From positions 28,588 to 92,587 of the forward strand of contig MCFE01000334.1 in the NCBI GenBank assembly GCA_002104905.1: a stretch of DNA of 64,000 nt, written 5' to 3'. Made by a program: the position numbers and the translations under genes. Numbering within the stretch: position 1 is the first letter of the stretch; the number at the start of each line of letters is the position of its first letter. The stretch is from Basidiobolus meristosporus CBS 931.73. Lineage: Eukaryota > Fungi > Basidiobolomycota. Under the pieces are notes generated by a model. It had not been told where the DNA came from and made no database searches. It saw nothing but the letters and a program-made list of their open reading frames with translations. Below, one piece after another: positions 25,101 to 37,711 of this stretch.

Positions 25101-25856
25101 ATGATCTAATCTGAGCGGAATCATGATCCAAACGTCTGTTACTTGGGTAGGCGGTGCCGTATCTGTGACATCGTCGGTGGACTTGATTTGGCGGGTTGGT
25201 GGATGTGTAGTGGAGTTGTAGCAAATGTGATTCACCATTGTGCTTGGCAATTGGATGACGCCAGAGGATGGCCATCGTGAGGGAGAGGTGCCTCACAGGT
25301 ATCCGGGCTAATCAAGTATCTGGGACGTTGGTACCTGCCTAGTTGGAACGGCGATAGGGGTTGCAGCCTGTTCGGGAGATGCCCGAAGGCTTGCTCTGGA
25401 GAATGCACCCCCAGGCTGCTGCTGGCACCTAGCGCACCGCAACGGATGCAAGGCGTGGATGTGGTGAGTGTGTGCTGGGAAATGCTGCTTGGCCATCGAA
25501 ATATTCTCATCGAGCTAGACAAGCAGAATGCCACCATGAGACCCATCCAATGGCTCCATTGAGTGGGCAAGCGGCGATTCGCCAGTTGGCGATCATTACG
25601 TAACTGGGAGCTGCCGGTTACTAAATGTTGATGATCGTGTATTGCTCATCGCTGAATGGGCATATTCACACCAAAATCGTCCTGAGCCTTCGACTGGAAC
25701 AGTAATTAATTATCGTTCGGGTGACCATTTTGCTTGATCCATCCACTGCCACCGTGAACCACCCGCATGAGTGATCTTCAATGCTGGTGAGGTGGAATCA
25801 AATTGGGCAATCGAGCATATGCCGTGCGACGGGACTGTAACCTCGTCCCAAGCCTT

Positions 25857-26085
25857 CTGGGGAGCCACTGCTCCATGGAGAATGTCAGCTGCTTCCTGCA
25901 AGCTGCCGTCCACTATGCGGGAGCCTGGCCCAGTTACAGCACTGATCACCTCCCTCGCGCGAGAAGGCCTCTGGGGAGCCACTGCTCCATGGAGAATGTC
26001 AGCTGCTTCCTGCAAGCTGCCGTCCACTATGCGGGAGCCTGGCCCAGTTACAGCACTGATCACCTCCCTCGCGCGAGAAGGCCTC
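25857..26085. repeat. Perfect 114-bp tandem duplication (2 copies)
   Basis: GGAGCCACTGCTCC...GAGAAGGCCTC recurs at 25861 and 25975. The period of 114 nt equals 38 codons, so the repeat appears in three ORF frames. Confidence 0.95.
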
Positions 26086-26597
26086 AAGCCCCAGCGCTTG
26101 GCAGGTGTCTCACTCAGCCGAGTGGGTGCAAGACCGATTGGTACCAAGCGCCCAACCTGAGCATACAAGGATCCTCCCGAATCGGTTGTGTGGTTAGGGG
26201 GCACCTCAGCGAGTGAGACACGGGCTGATGAACGGGCTGCTGTCAGCATGACTGGCCGCCGGCCACAAGGCAAGTCCTGGGTGAGCTAACATATGGGGTG
26301 GTTTATTTCATACAGTAAGGTTTTTGGGGGAGACGAATCTTCTGAAGCCACGATCTCGCGGTATGAGCTAGCATACGGATAATAAAATAGGGGGAATTTC
26401 TGGCAAGGAAACACAATAAAATATGTATATATCTACAAAATTACTTCGACGGCACGTTACACGGTTTACAGTTCACAAAACTCTGATTAACCAAATTAGT
26501 GTCATATGATGGTGATCGAAAACGTTTTTGGCCCAAGGCGGTTGATTTAGATCCAGAAATCAGGTTATTTCGGATGCTGTGCCGACTACGCGTGCAT

Positions 26598-27464
26598 TTA
26601 CGAATAGTTGCACATATCCATCACAGAAAGTCGCCGCGAGAGGCCCGGCTTACAGGTGGCTTCGGCGCTATACGAGGGGTTCTCGATGGCATGGGCCACA
26701 CCGGAGTCTTCCTCGCGAACGGCGGTCAGGGTGTTTTGTGCGCGAGGGATCTGGCGGATCGAATTCAACTCGGCTAGGTGCATCAAAGATATGCTTTGCT
26801 GTGCGTGGATCTGTTCATTCTTAAGTAGGTTTGGGTCAAGAGAGAAGCGCCGCTTTAGGGAGGGGTGATCGTGGACATTGGTGACTGTGGTGGGCTGCGA
26901 GAACCGGCGTTTCAAGAGGCTGCTCCTTGCCGACGAGGCCTCGAACATGTCCATGGACTTGAGCTCGGTAATGGGCGACAGTTTGTGATAGAACAGAGAG
27001 TCCGAGGTAGGCTGGAAAGGAGGTAGAATCGGTTGGCTAGGAGATAGATTGATTCCGATGGAGTCAAGAAGATTTGATGATTGGGATAAATCAGTGGTGG
27101 GAATGTGGGCAGGCTTGTTGGAATTCTTCCTTCGACTCCCGGATGATAAGCTGGTCATCAGTCCAGAGAGGGGAGGCTTCCCTGTTCTGCTACTGTGCGT
27201 TTGGACATGTTGCATCATATTATCAAATCTACTGAATATTCTACTACAATTGGGGATAATGCATTGAAAGGGTTTTTCTCCGGTGTGCTTACGCTCATGT
27301 CTTGCCAAGTGCTCGGACCTTGTGAAAACCATTCGACAGTCGCCAAAAGTGCACTGGAAAATCTTTGGCTTGTGCGGCTCCCCGTTGCGCCCCCTGGTCT
27401 GGCGTTTTTTCGACATGGAAGGAAAGGGTTCTTGAGAAGAGGTGGAATTATGGCTAGCATTCAT
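26598..27464 (-). CDS. Two-finger C2H2 transcription factor (Usv1/Rgm1/Nrg1-like), 288 aa, intronless
   Basis: [55 protein letters not shown] with a canonical TGEKPF linker. The first in-frame ATG is at 27464 (the track start at 27479 is TTG). Confidence 0.93.
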   Translation of the reverse strand: MNASHNSTSSQEPFPSMSKKRQTRGRNGEPHKPKIFQCTFGDCRMVFTRSEHLARHERKHTGEKPFQCIIPNCSRIFSRFDNMMQHVQTHSSRTGKPPLSGLMTSLSSGSRRKNSNKPAHIPTTDLSQSSNLLDSIGINLSPSQPILPPFQPTSDSLFYHKLSPITELKSMDMFEASSARSSLLKRRFSQPTTVTNVHDHPSLKRRFSLDPNLLKNEQIHAQQSISLMHLAELNSIRQIPRAQNTLTAVREEDSGVAHAIENPSYSAEATCKPGLSRRLSVMDMCNYS

Positions 27465-30400
27465 GATGCGAATATTCAACGTAGGAAATGCTTCTGGCCG
27501 TGACCGGATATATTTGCCTTATTCAAAGGAGTGAGAAGGAAGTTGAATGGGTGGCGAAGCGGAAGAAACCTCTATTTATAATGAAAGCCATCTGGGGCTC
27601 AGAATCGTGGACGTGGTAGATCGGATCAAGAAGGCAGCCAAGAGAGGGTTAGGACGCACTTGGCCTCGTCAGTTGAGATCTCATATATTCTTCATAAATA
27701 AAAGTGGATGAGGTGCTATTTCTGCAGATTCCCTGGGATCACCCGAGGCTGTCTATTCACTAGATCGACTGTATGGAGCGCAGTAAAACAGAGGATTTGG
27801 AAAAGGCTACCAACCCGTTGCATCTCAGTAAAACCTGATTGCCCACTGCTGAATGTAGGAAGATCATCCAATTATACGTCAGTTGAGCCTGGTCACACTC
27901 AATTAATGCAGCTTGGCCCGCTATGCAAAATGGAATCGATCATCACAAAGATGCGAGTATTCCTGGATCTTGTCAGGAACCCTCTTTCCATTCGAACGTT
28001 GCCCTCACACCACGAGCATCGGGCAGCCCAGTGGGCAGCTCGTTTTGTTCAGATTGCGAGGATTATTCAGCTGGCTTGACATAATTTCAAGGAGTAATTG
28101 GGCCACCTGGCGGGCAAGGTGATCGCCGAGAGCAGCCTGTACTCGAATCTTAATCTATGACTCTGGCTGGCCGTCCATGAAATCTTCCCACTCCTAGATC
28201 GCTTGACCTTGAGCGTCTCCATGCTCTTATCAGTCTGCTTGTGGCACACACCACACCAATGTGTTGAGCCGATTCAGCATGCAGGCCTCATCCGATTGTC
28301 GAGCGATAAGACTGCACACCAGAGGCATCCACTCGCAGTTACCGTCGAGCACGGCGAGTGAGGCCAAACCGGGGTTTCAACAGAGTTATGCTGAATGCCG
28401 CCCAAACCTTACTGCCCCTTGCTACTGGGCCAGTGTAGATGCGCGTCGTCCCAGCAGAGATAAGAAATGGCCTACGGGAACCTGGCCTAGGGAACGGCGT
28501 GCTGCGGGAAGCAAGCGTCGACGAGGGTTAGGGCTCAGGGTGGAATGTGGAGGGTGCGATTGGCCAGCCGCCAGCCGCACCAAACAATGTCATCTAGGAT
28601 GGAATGATCCAAGTCTATTTGGCAGCAGTGCCTCTGGATCCGATTCAAAGGAGATTAGCCAAATGTTTACAAGCGTTTAACATTGTGTAATGACCGAACA
28701 AGACAGTTTCACTCGAGGAGATTTCTAATCACTGAAGAATTGATCTCAATAGCAGCATTTCGCATAAGTTGCCTCAAACATCCCTGGATTTCAGATTCTC
28801 AGAACCGATTCACTTTGCAGAGATATACACGTTATGACTAGAGCGGCCATTCAAATGACTTCAGTGTTCTAGTCACCTTTGAGACTTGACCTGATGGGGA
28901 TGAGGATTCCCAGTCCTCCATATTCTGTACTTTGTATTCCGTAACCAATATAAATAAACGTTGGAGTACACTACCAGGTCAGTCAGAGAATGCTCGAATC
29001 AGCGACTCCTGCTAAATCGAGTTCCAGCGTTCTCAGTGACATAACACCCATCCAAATCCAGCGCCCAAATCCATTCACACACTACTGATTAATTGCTCCC
29101 AGCAGAGAGCTCGATGGAGACTGCTGAGCCGAGGATGATAAATGGAGTGGATTCTTGTTCTAATCAACTTCCCAATCAAGCAACCACCCATTTGACTAGG
29201 GCACAACGCTGGGCATCTTCCACCTGCTTTGCCTGCCCATTCATGCACGTTGACTGCCGATACCATCGCCAGAAGGTGCAACCCTCTCACGCAGGGCATC
29301 GTTGTCCAGAATACTGGGCTAAATAGCCTTCTTGGGGCCAGTGGCCGCACTGGAGAGTCATAGCAGATGGGTTTGGCTAAATTGGGCTTGAGCATCGCAA
29401 CACCAAGCAAATATGGGTTAGGCATCGGAAATATATAAATAGCACTGTTCTATAGGATTCCCCCTTGACGACCCTACTGATTTGTACCTGTACGGGAATT
29501 CATGTTACTAGCCCAAGCACCAGACAACACAGTGTTGGTTACAATATCGGCTTCATTGGGCTCATCTGTATGCAGGTATCCTTTCAAGGGATGAGAAGAT
29601 ATGGTTGCTTTTGCGGCAGATGCCCTGAATACTGATGCCTGATGCTTTACCCCTGACTGGGCCTGCTAAAGCCACCGTGCTCCTTAGGGTGCCTTGGTTG
29701 TTTTCCGGTGTCCGAGATTAATAAGCTTACCTCTTGTGGATTGTTCGCTACACAGAAACCTTGTCAGTTAGGCACCAATTCATGATCCAATCACAGTATT
29801 GTCCTGAGCTAATTTGCTGGAGATTCCCAAGCTTAATCATCAAAATTAGCCGGCCGTTATCGATGACGACCTCAATATTTAGGCATACAGGAAAAAGGTT
29901 GCTATACCCAACCTTGTGCATCGTTACTGAAGCTCGCACATAATACTTGTGTGCCTGTGTGCCATAAGAGCTAGAGTGAAATCATTGATGCTACACTTCT
30001 CACGTTGGTCTTCACATTGATCCTGAGCATATGATTTCTATCCATCAATTCCTGCTGCAGTGATCTGGCGGGATTGATTTTCCATCAGGCGCTTGACGAT
30101 ACTCTACATATAAATATATATGTAATGACCCAGAATCAGAACCGGTGTTTTCAATGGAATTTGGTTGGTGCTGATTTTCAAGAACTTGGTTACTTCCTGT
30201 ATATTCAAAGATTCGATGGAAAATCCTTCCCAACCATTGTCATCAGGCCTATTTCATTAAATACCGCTTTGTTTAATGTTGCAGGCTCCGGAATCAAATA
30301 CACCATTCGTGGAATGTACCTGCCTGTGGGGAACTTGTAGAAGCATTCATGCTATCGGTCTCAATGACCCCAAACCTTGCACACTGCCTCCCTGGCGTTT

Positions 30401-32949
30401 TCTCACATTGTCAGTAATTCTTTTACTCAGCTTTACAACATGTATAAATCTTGGTTTCAATCAAGGATACATATAATTGTCTACAGATTGTTTCTTACTT
30501 GCATGAGGAGTAGGATTGACAAACATTTACTGAGCCAGAAGGACCATCTAGAGATCTGGCTGGGGAGTAGTGATGATTTTGCTTTTTAGTTTGACAAGCT
30601 TATGCCAGCCATGCATTTATTTACTGTTGATATTGTATCTTGTTCCAAAATGTCTCAGAATACTTCTCTATATTCATGGGGCTAGGATACAATTAATTGA
30701 ACTCAAAGTGACAATTGGGATGCCTTGTCAAAAAATCAGGTAGAGCCTAAGTATCTCTTGAATGGCTTCTGCAAGATATTAGAAGCCCCAATATGGTAGC
30801 AAGTAATACCAACTCTCTGACTAATCCAGAAATGCTGTAGATACAGTAAATATGACTATTAGTCTACTTCAGTAGCAATGCTCATACTACTCACCATAAT
30901 AGTTAAATCCATATCAAATTGGTATTCAACATTATGAAGCAAGATTGCTACTTCCAAGTAGATATCCTAGATCTACATCTATTTCACTCCAAGGTACATT
31001 GAACTCATTTTGGTAAGCAGCAAGAGTTGTATTATATGCCCTGGATATATGTGCTTTATATGTTTGGCTTATATCCAAAAGATTCAGATATCCTAAGAAT
31101 CAATATAGCTTATTACTATAGTATAGGAAATCTAGTCAATATCTGGCTTGTATAATATATGCCAAGTTTTTAAACTTTGAAACCTTGGAGCCCATCAAGA
31201 CTCTGAATATTTCCAAAAGCCCCCAAACATTACACAAATATCCTGAAGTATAAGTTTTTCATATGGGCACAATAGATACAGGTAAATATACTAGAGTTCA
31301 TCAACTTGCTTGTTATATCCTATGCTTTTCAGAGCCTTCTAACAGTACTGAGTATAATAAAGTAAGTACTCTTTAAAAACCTTATCAGTGCTATTACAGG
31401 AATATTAGGAGAGGCCCCTGCAAGTAATATGCAAGGCTTAGAGGCCACTGATCATACCTGAGAGTCTTCACAGCACAGATTACTGCTGACTCTAAATGTA
31501 GGCCAATACTTCATGCACCAGATGTTAGAGCATATTATAGATTTAGCAACTTGATATGTTAATCTCAGATATTTTATACCTGGGATATAAACTAAGTACT
31601 TAGTATTCAATCCCACTTTTGATATGCTATATCAGACAGGGACCTCTATATAAGGCTATTTTTTCTACATTTTTTGATGCTGAGCAAATGATTTCTATAT
31701 ATCTCTAATACTCATTGGTAATCTCTCCCCAGAGGAGGTAACTTTAATGATGTAATCAAGAGATCATCTTAAAGCTGAGATCCATTCACTGAGAGGTATT
31801 GATATTACTAAGTTACTTTGGATGAACAGCCCATTTAAAACTGCCCCTCAACATTCAAAAAACCTGGCCAAAATGAAGGACCCTATTTATTGGCTCTGTC
31901 CTTATATAGGTTTCTGTACATTTTGGCACCAGCCCTTACCCTATACTATTGCAGTAACTCCCTCAGAATCCACCTTCCACCTTAAGAAAAGTATTTTTCC
32001 CCACTAACAACTCTTATTCAAGTCAGCCCATAAGATCCTGTTACAATATTGCTGATGCATATATACATTTGAATCCATATCCTTCTTTGTAGCCTTTTGA
32101 CTGTTTCCCCACAGTTTGTTGGAGATATATGGCTAGTAAGCCCTATGAAAAATCTCAAAGTTGGAATTCATCTGGTTTTCAGCTGGTTTTATAATGGTAT
32201 TTTGATATTATTCAGCTGGTGTTTTTGGTTCAAAATTTAAATGCAATTTTTGATGGATGTAATGGGCTGCTAATTACCAAATTTGGTATGGATGCTAGTT
32301 AACCTAGTTTCCTTCTGTATAATTTGTTTGCTTGCCTACCCATAAGCTAACAACAGAGATATTGAGAGTTGTCAATTTTGAGAAGCTTAGAATTCAGCTG
32401 ATATTATGATGGTATTTTGCTGGCATTTACTTAATTTTTTTCTTAGGGTAAGTCTTGTTGGGTTGTATCTGTGGATAAAGCTGTGATGGTGTTATGGGAG
32501 CCATTCAGCAAGCTTCTGATAACTTTATCATAGCCTTGTGTTTACTAACTGCTTTTACTGCAACATGTTGCCACACCAATGGAACTGATGTTATTAAGCT
32601 ATCAATTGCTTCATAGGATCACTATGTTGCACTGTGAAATCATGCATGGCCAGTTTTCAACTTGTAATTTGCTGGCATTCTGCTGGTGTTTTTGCCGCAA
32701 ATATTCAGTTTCAATTTTTGACATAAATAAAGACCACCAGTTACCAATTTTTTACACATGCCAGTTAGCCTAATATTCCCTGGAAGTGATGTCTGCTTCT
32801 CTATTTTGAAGCTGATATGTGAGATGTTGAGATGTGTCACTTTTGGTAAAGATGGCACTCTACTGATATCCCCTATAAGAAATTATTATGATGATCCTGT
32901 CAAAAGGCTGTCACAGATTCAAAGTCCCATGACTAAGAGGTACTGATCC

Positions 32950-35050
32950 TAGACACTTGATCACCTCCAACATTTGTAAGCATGGGTTGGCTATTGTCTC
33001 TTTCTCACACTCCTTACTTCCTGACTCAACTGTTTCTCTAACTTTTTATGTATACAAATTGATTTGTTTCCATTGAAGCTTCAGTTGTACCTCAATTGCT
33101 AATTGTATTGACCTATGCAAGTCCCTATACCTTGCACTACTATTAAGCCCAGCCCCACACTAAACAAGTAACTCCATTAAAATCCATCACTCAATAAGTA
33201 TTTCTGCTGTAACACTCTGTTTCCATGACTCTGGCAGGAACCCAACAGCCTTATGCCACTGTTCATTCACTGGTTCCCACACTTCCTGGCCTTCAGCAGG
33301 CAGTGCAAAGTCTAGCACCTCATCTGCCAGTCTTAGCAATAAATCCTTGCAATGTTGAAGTGTGTTTTCTTAAGAACCGCTCTTGAAGAGGCTCTGCAAC
33401 CACTTGGTGTGCCTATTAATGTTCCAAATTACACTGAAGGCATTGTGATAGTATTTTGAGTTCTTGACATTGTAGCCTTGTATGTCAGTGGGATTTCCAC
33501 TTTGTTAACAATGGAGGATGTGGATGCTGTGGTAGACAAATTGCCTTTCTCTGCAAACTCATCTACCTGACTGGAGTGTAGCTTAACTGGCTGCACTTCC
33601 AACTCTTGTGAAAACAGCTGTTTTCTTGCTGGTAATTCTTCTTGGTTATAATGTGGTTCAGTCTGCTCTGGGCTTACAGCATTAATTGGCAAGAACTACA
33701 GTTCTTTTTGTTTGCTTACATGTCTCAGGCTTGGGCAGACATTTCTCCCTTTACCTTTTCCTTTATCATTGCCATGTTGTTCACTGCTGCCTTGTCTGAG
33801 TGCTTCTTGTAATGAACTAAATTTTCTCCTTGATAAATTCTGCTCTGACTCTTCTGTTTTGGCCTGCTTGTCCCTTACCAGCACTCTCCTGGCAACTTAT
33901 TATTTCTTTACCGCTTATTTTGAGCTCTCAGCTGTGTTGTGATGGGCTCCCAAGAAAGCCACCAGTTGTATCACAGCCAGGTCCTTCACTGCTACTTTGA
34001 CTGAGTGCTTCTTGAGTGGTACTATGCTTTTTCCTTCATAAATGATGTGCTGGTGCATCTGTGTCTGCCTGCTTGTCCCTTATTGGCACTCTTTTAGCTT
34101 CCTGACATCTCTTTGATGCTTGTTTGGAGCTTTCAGCCCTGCTTGTAATGGGCTCTTGAGGAAGCTGATGGTTTTTAACCATGGCACCCTTATTCTTCTG
34201 CCTTTGATACTTTCTGCTATTCTTGGGATACTTTCTTAGCATACCAATCCTGGCTCAAAATCTATTTACCCCTTTGAATCCAGGACAATACTCATGGAAC
34301 AAGTCAAGCGCATTCTGCTTGGCCTTGAGTTCCTGATGGTCCCATAGTCTGCCAGCCTTAAGGTGATGGTGTGCTAGACTTCTAACAGCCTCCTGAATAT
34401 TAACCCACTCTTCATTATTGCACTCAATAACTTCACAGATCTTCAAATTCCTTTGATTTTTATGCTTTTGTATAAACACCACATTGTCTTGCTCCCATGC
34501 TGCAGTATATTGTTCTATGAGCTTTATCTTTGGGTACTGTTATTGTACTTCAAAGACTGTATGGAGTTCCTCTGCTGTTACATATGGAAATGGCTCAATT
34601 CTTGGCTGTGACAATGAGCTATTTGAGTCCCATCTTTGAAGCAATGATACTGCTTTCTCTACCTGAGATATTGATTGCTTTACACATATCTGCTCATCCT
34701 GTTTCTGGACTACTTCCTGATTTCACTGGGCCATTGAATCTATCCTATCAGCCACTGCACCATATTACTTCATTAATACTTTGGTATGAGCTGACAACAT
34801 ACTTGCTAATATGGGTTGTGGTGATGTTATGACAGCCACTTGCCGGTCTTCAGCTGAAGGTACTGCATTTGCTACACACTCTTCTGCTTGTGCATAACAG
34901 TCAGCTTGCGGCTCTGCAGAGGTTTTCAATTGCCTACTTGACTGAGAGCCTAAGGAGTCCACATTATTACCTTCAGTGGGCACACTGTCAGCATGGCATT
35001 TTATGGATGTAAACCTGCTTATTGCACTGAATGTCAAAGCAAGCTGTTGT
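32950..35050 (-). pseudogene. Unrecognised accessory ORF of the CACTA element, decayed; boundaries approximate
   Basis: Fragments EEWVNIQEAVRSLAHHHLKAGRLWDHQELKAKQNALDLFHEYCPGFKGVNRF..GMLRKY and FSQELEVQ..LSTTASTSSI are conserved at protein level in the copies at 37753-38136 and 39146-39451. Confidence 0.55.
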
Positions 35051-35218
35051 CCAACAGTTCTTCTGCTACCATCAGAGGTGGGGTTTGGTTGAGAGCCAGA
35101 CAACTTTGCTTTATTTTTTGGAAGCATATATATGGAAGTGAGTCAAAGCAAAAGGGAAATAATGTTAAATATATGTGGGTATGTGGTGCCATAACTTTAT
35201 CTATAATGCTTACAATGG

Positions 35219-37093
35219 TATGGTGGTGTATAGGTCCAAGGGAGAGATATGTCCAACACTTCTCAGGTGTTTTGTGTGTGGGGTGTTCACTGGGTGCAAT
35301 AACCTCTAGCAAAAGCTTGCTAGGAATACTTATGTTCTGTCTCTAATCTATAGTGATGGTGAATAAAACCACAAGCTTGTCAAGGGAAAACTATTGAGCT
35401 ACAATCCCAACTTAGTTGGAGTCTTAACAAAAGTATGTGCTGGGTTCAGCATCCTTTGAGACAATAATGTACTAAAGCTTCCAAAGTCAAAACAACTGTA
35501 AACTCCACCAGCAGGGACTTGATAAGCATGCAGCTGTGGTCAATAGTTAGAAAGACAGAAAAGTATCTTTGCCTGTACAAGAACAAACTTGGGAAAGAAT
35601 CAAATATAATAAAAGATACCTACTCTGAGTATCCTTCACAAGAAGTGCCTCCAGGGTAAGTTGGCTGTCAGTGCAGTTTCCTGGGAGTGTCCTGTGCTCT
35701 GGTGTTGGAAGTTCAGGTGGCAGCAGGTAGCAGTGATCACACTAATCAACAAGTCGGAATATTGATAAAAGGGATGATGATTTATTGTTGAGGGATAGCC
35801 TCCTTTATATACTTTTCTTACTGGCTAAGTGATTACTAATCATAGTGTTCCAGAAGGTTCCGGATATTAATAGAAATCTTAATGACATCAGAATGTTCTA
35901 AGAATGTTCTAAGTAGGTGCCGGTGTGGTAGGGTAAACATACCTCCCACAGACAAGTTTACTCATATAGTCATTATGATATACCTATCCATATTTTATCT
36001 TATCAGTATTATCCCATTCTTCTTTTGCCCATATTATCAGTATTATCCCCATATGATGTTTACCCTGATTAGTTATTAGCATTAGTTATCCCAGATGTTA
36101 TTCAGCTTTGTGATCACTATATGTATCTACATAAGGCAAGTACCCGCGTCTATGCCTGTGATATATGACCTAGGTCTGTGTTACCATCCCTACCATTTCA
36201 ATACCATATATGGTATTTCTATGTTGCACAGGTTTCAGACTACTGATTCCTGATTGGTTGAAAGTGCTGTGCCTTTTAGAACCTTCCAGGACATTCTTGG
36301 CATATTTTTAGCTCATAGTGATGTCATCAAGGATTCCACTGATACCTAGAATCTTCTAGAACCTTGTCATTAGTAATCACTTGGCAATCAGGAAAAGAAT
36401 TTAAGGGAAAGCAATCCCTCATCAATAAATCATCCCTTCTGTCAGTAACACTTCTACCTTATTGATTAGTAGTTGATCACTGCACCTGCCTTCAACAGTA
36501 CATCTCAGACCTGCAATCAAGAAGCTTTTCAGGGTAGTGCACAAGACACACAGAGGCCTTTGGAGACACTTGGAGCACCTAGGAAGCTAGAGAAGCAGGA
36601 GCTTTTACCATAGAGACATATTGACAAAGACACCAGCAGTTTAGACACAGAGGTTATTGCACCCATCAGACACCTCACACACCTTGAGTTGTGTTGCTTC
36701 TCCCAGGAGTACCTCTACACCACCACACCGGAAGGTTCTAAGAGGCACAGCACTTTCAACCAATCAGGAATCAGTAGTCTGAAACCTGTGCAACATAGAA
36801 ATACCATATATGGTATTGAAATGGTAGGGATGGTAACATAGACCTAGGTCATGTGTCACAGTTACTGATGCAGGTACTTGCCTTATGTAGGTACATATAC
36901 TTATCACAAACCTGAATAACATCTGGGATAACTAAAGCTAATAAATAATCAGGGTAAGCATCATATGGGGATAATACTGATAATATGGGCAAAAGAAGAA
37001 TGGGATAATACTGATAAGATAAAATATGGATAGGTATATCATAATGACTATATGAGTAAACTTGTCTGTGGGAGGTATGTTTACCCTACCACA
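35219..37093 (+). mobile_element. LTR (family Z) hosting an antisense copy of itself
   Basis: Starts TATGGTGGTGTA (decayed TGTGGTGGTGTA) and ends CCCTACCACA; interrupted at a CCGG site. Confidence 0.7.
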
Positions 37094-37153
37094 CCGGCAC
37101 CTACTTAGAACATTCTTAGATCATTCTGATGTCATTAAAATTTCTATTAATAT
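35864..37153. repeat. Long inverted repeat: 424-bp arms (35864-36287 and 36730-37153), 442-bp spacer
   Basis: Arms are identical over more than 110 bp (35941-36058 vs 36963-37080) and have 2 mismatches over about 36170-36287; the middle is more diverged. Confidence 0.93.
35924..36727 (-). mobile_element. Solo LTR (family Z, 804 bp) in inverted orientation with TSD CCGG
   Basis: TG...CA termini with short inverted ends; CCGG at 35920-35923 and 36728-36731. Confidence 0.8.
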
Positions 37154-37711
37154 GTTTTTTGGGCTTGAACTATATGTGGAATACCCAAGGTAGTAGTGGG
37201 TAAGCAAATAAAGAGGGGTGATTCTACAGTGGAATATATGAATTGCACAAGGGGAGGTAGAAAAAGGAAATACCATTTGGTAGATTGGTACAGTAGCATT
37301 ATACAGAACCAGCTGTAGGCCATCATACTGCCAATTTAATGCCCTCAGAGTCTTGCTGTTAGGCCATCAAAATACTGTCAGGTTCGTTGCCATATAAGGC
37401 AATTGTTTGTCCTGGCTGGTTGGATCCACTTAAAGTAGCTGTAGAGTGCTAAAAGACTGCAACAAAACTATGAAATGGTTGTCACAGCACCAATTAGATC
37501 TTGTCAAGTTTTATCCCTTTATTTGGTTGTAAAATTAGCCAAACACCATTGTGATCCCATCATAAGATTGCTACGAGGGTCACTAATTCCAAGCTGCTGG
37601 TATTATGCTGGTCTCTATATGGTATCCTTATGGCTGATCTAGATTGGATCCACCTGCAGGGCCAAATTATTTCTCATAGGGGGAGTCTAGCATGGCATCA
37701 CCCAAAGACTG

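Larger units (their letters stand above)
32141..37681. mobile_element. CACTA/EnSpm copy 2 with both TIRs; transposase body deleted and replaced by an LTR complex
   Basis: Left TIR CCCTATGAAAAAT (32141-32153) and right TIR ATTTCTCATAGGG (37669-37681) match 12/13. Repeated subterminal CAGCTG motifs. Only the transposase 3' tail remains (from 37153, equivalent to 4782 in copy 1). Confidence 0.78.

Noticed and set aside
22300-25700. Many 60-130 aa ORFs between SVF1 and the zinc-finger gene
   Set aside because: No recognisable motifs, no consistent splice chain and no dominant frame; treated as intergenic.
25710-26273. Resemblance of the frames to a HipA C-terminus, a PPR or a CH domain
   Set aside because: Each similarity covers fewer than 15 residues and lacks the diagnostic motifs.
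30600-32100. CpG-free block with short protein-like patches (LEWLLQDIRSP...)
   Set aside because: Clearly decayed repeat-like DNA, but no family, termini or TSD could be supported by eye.
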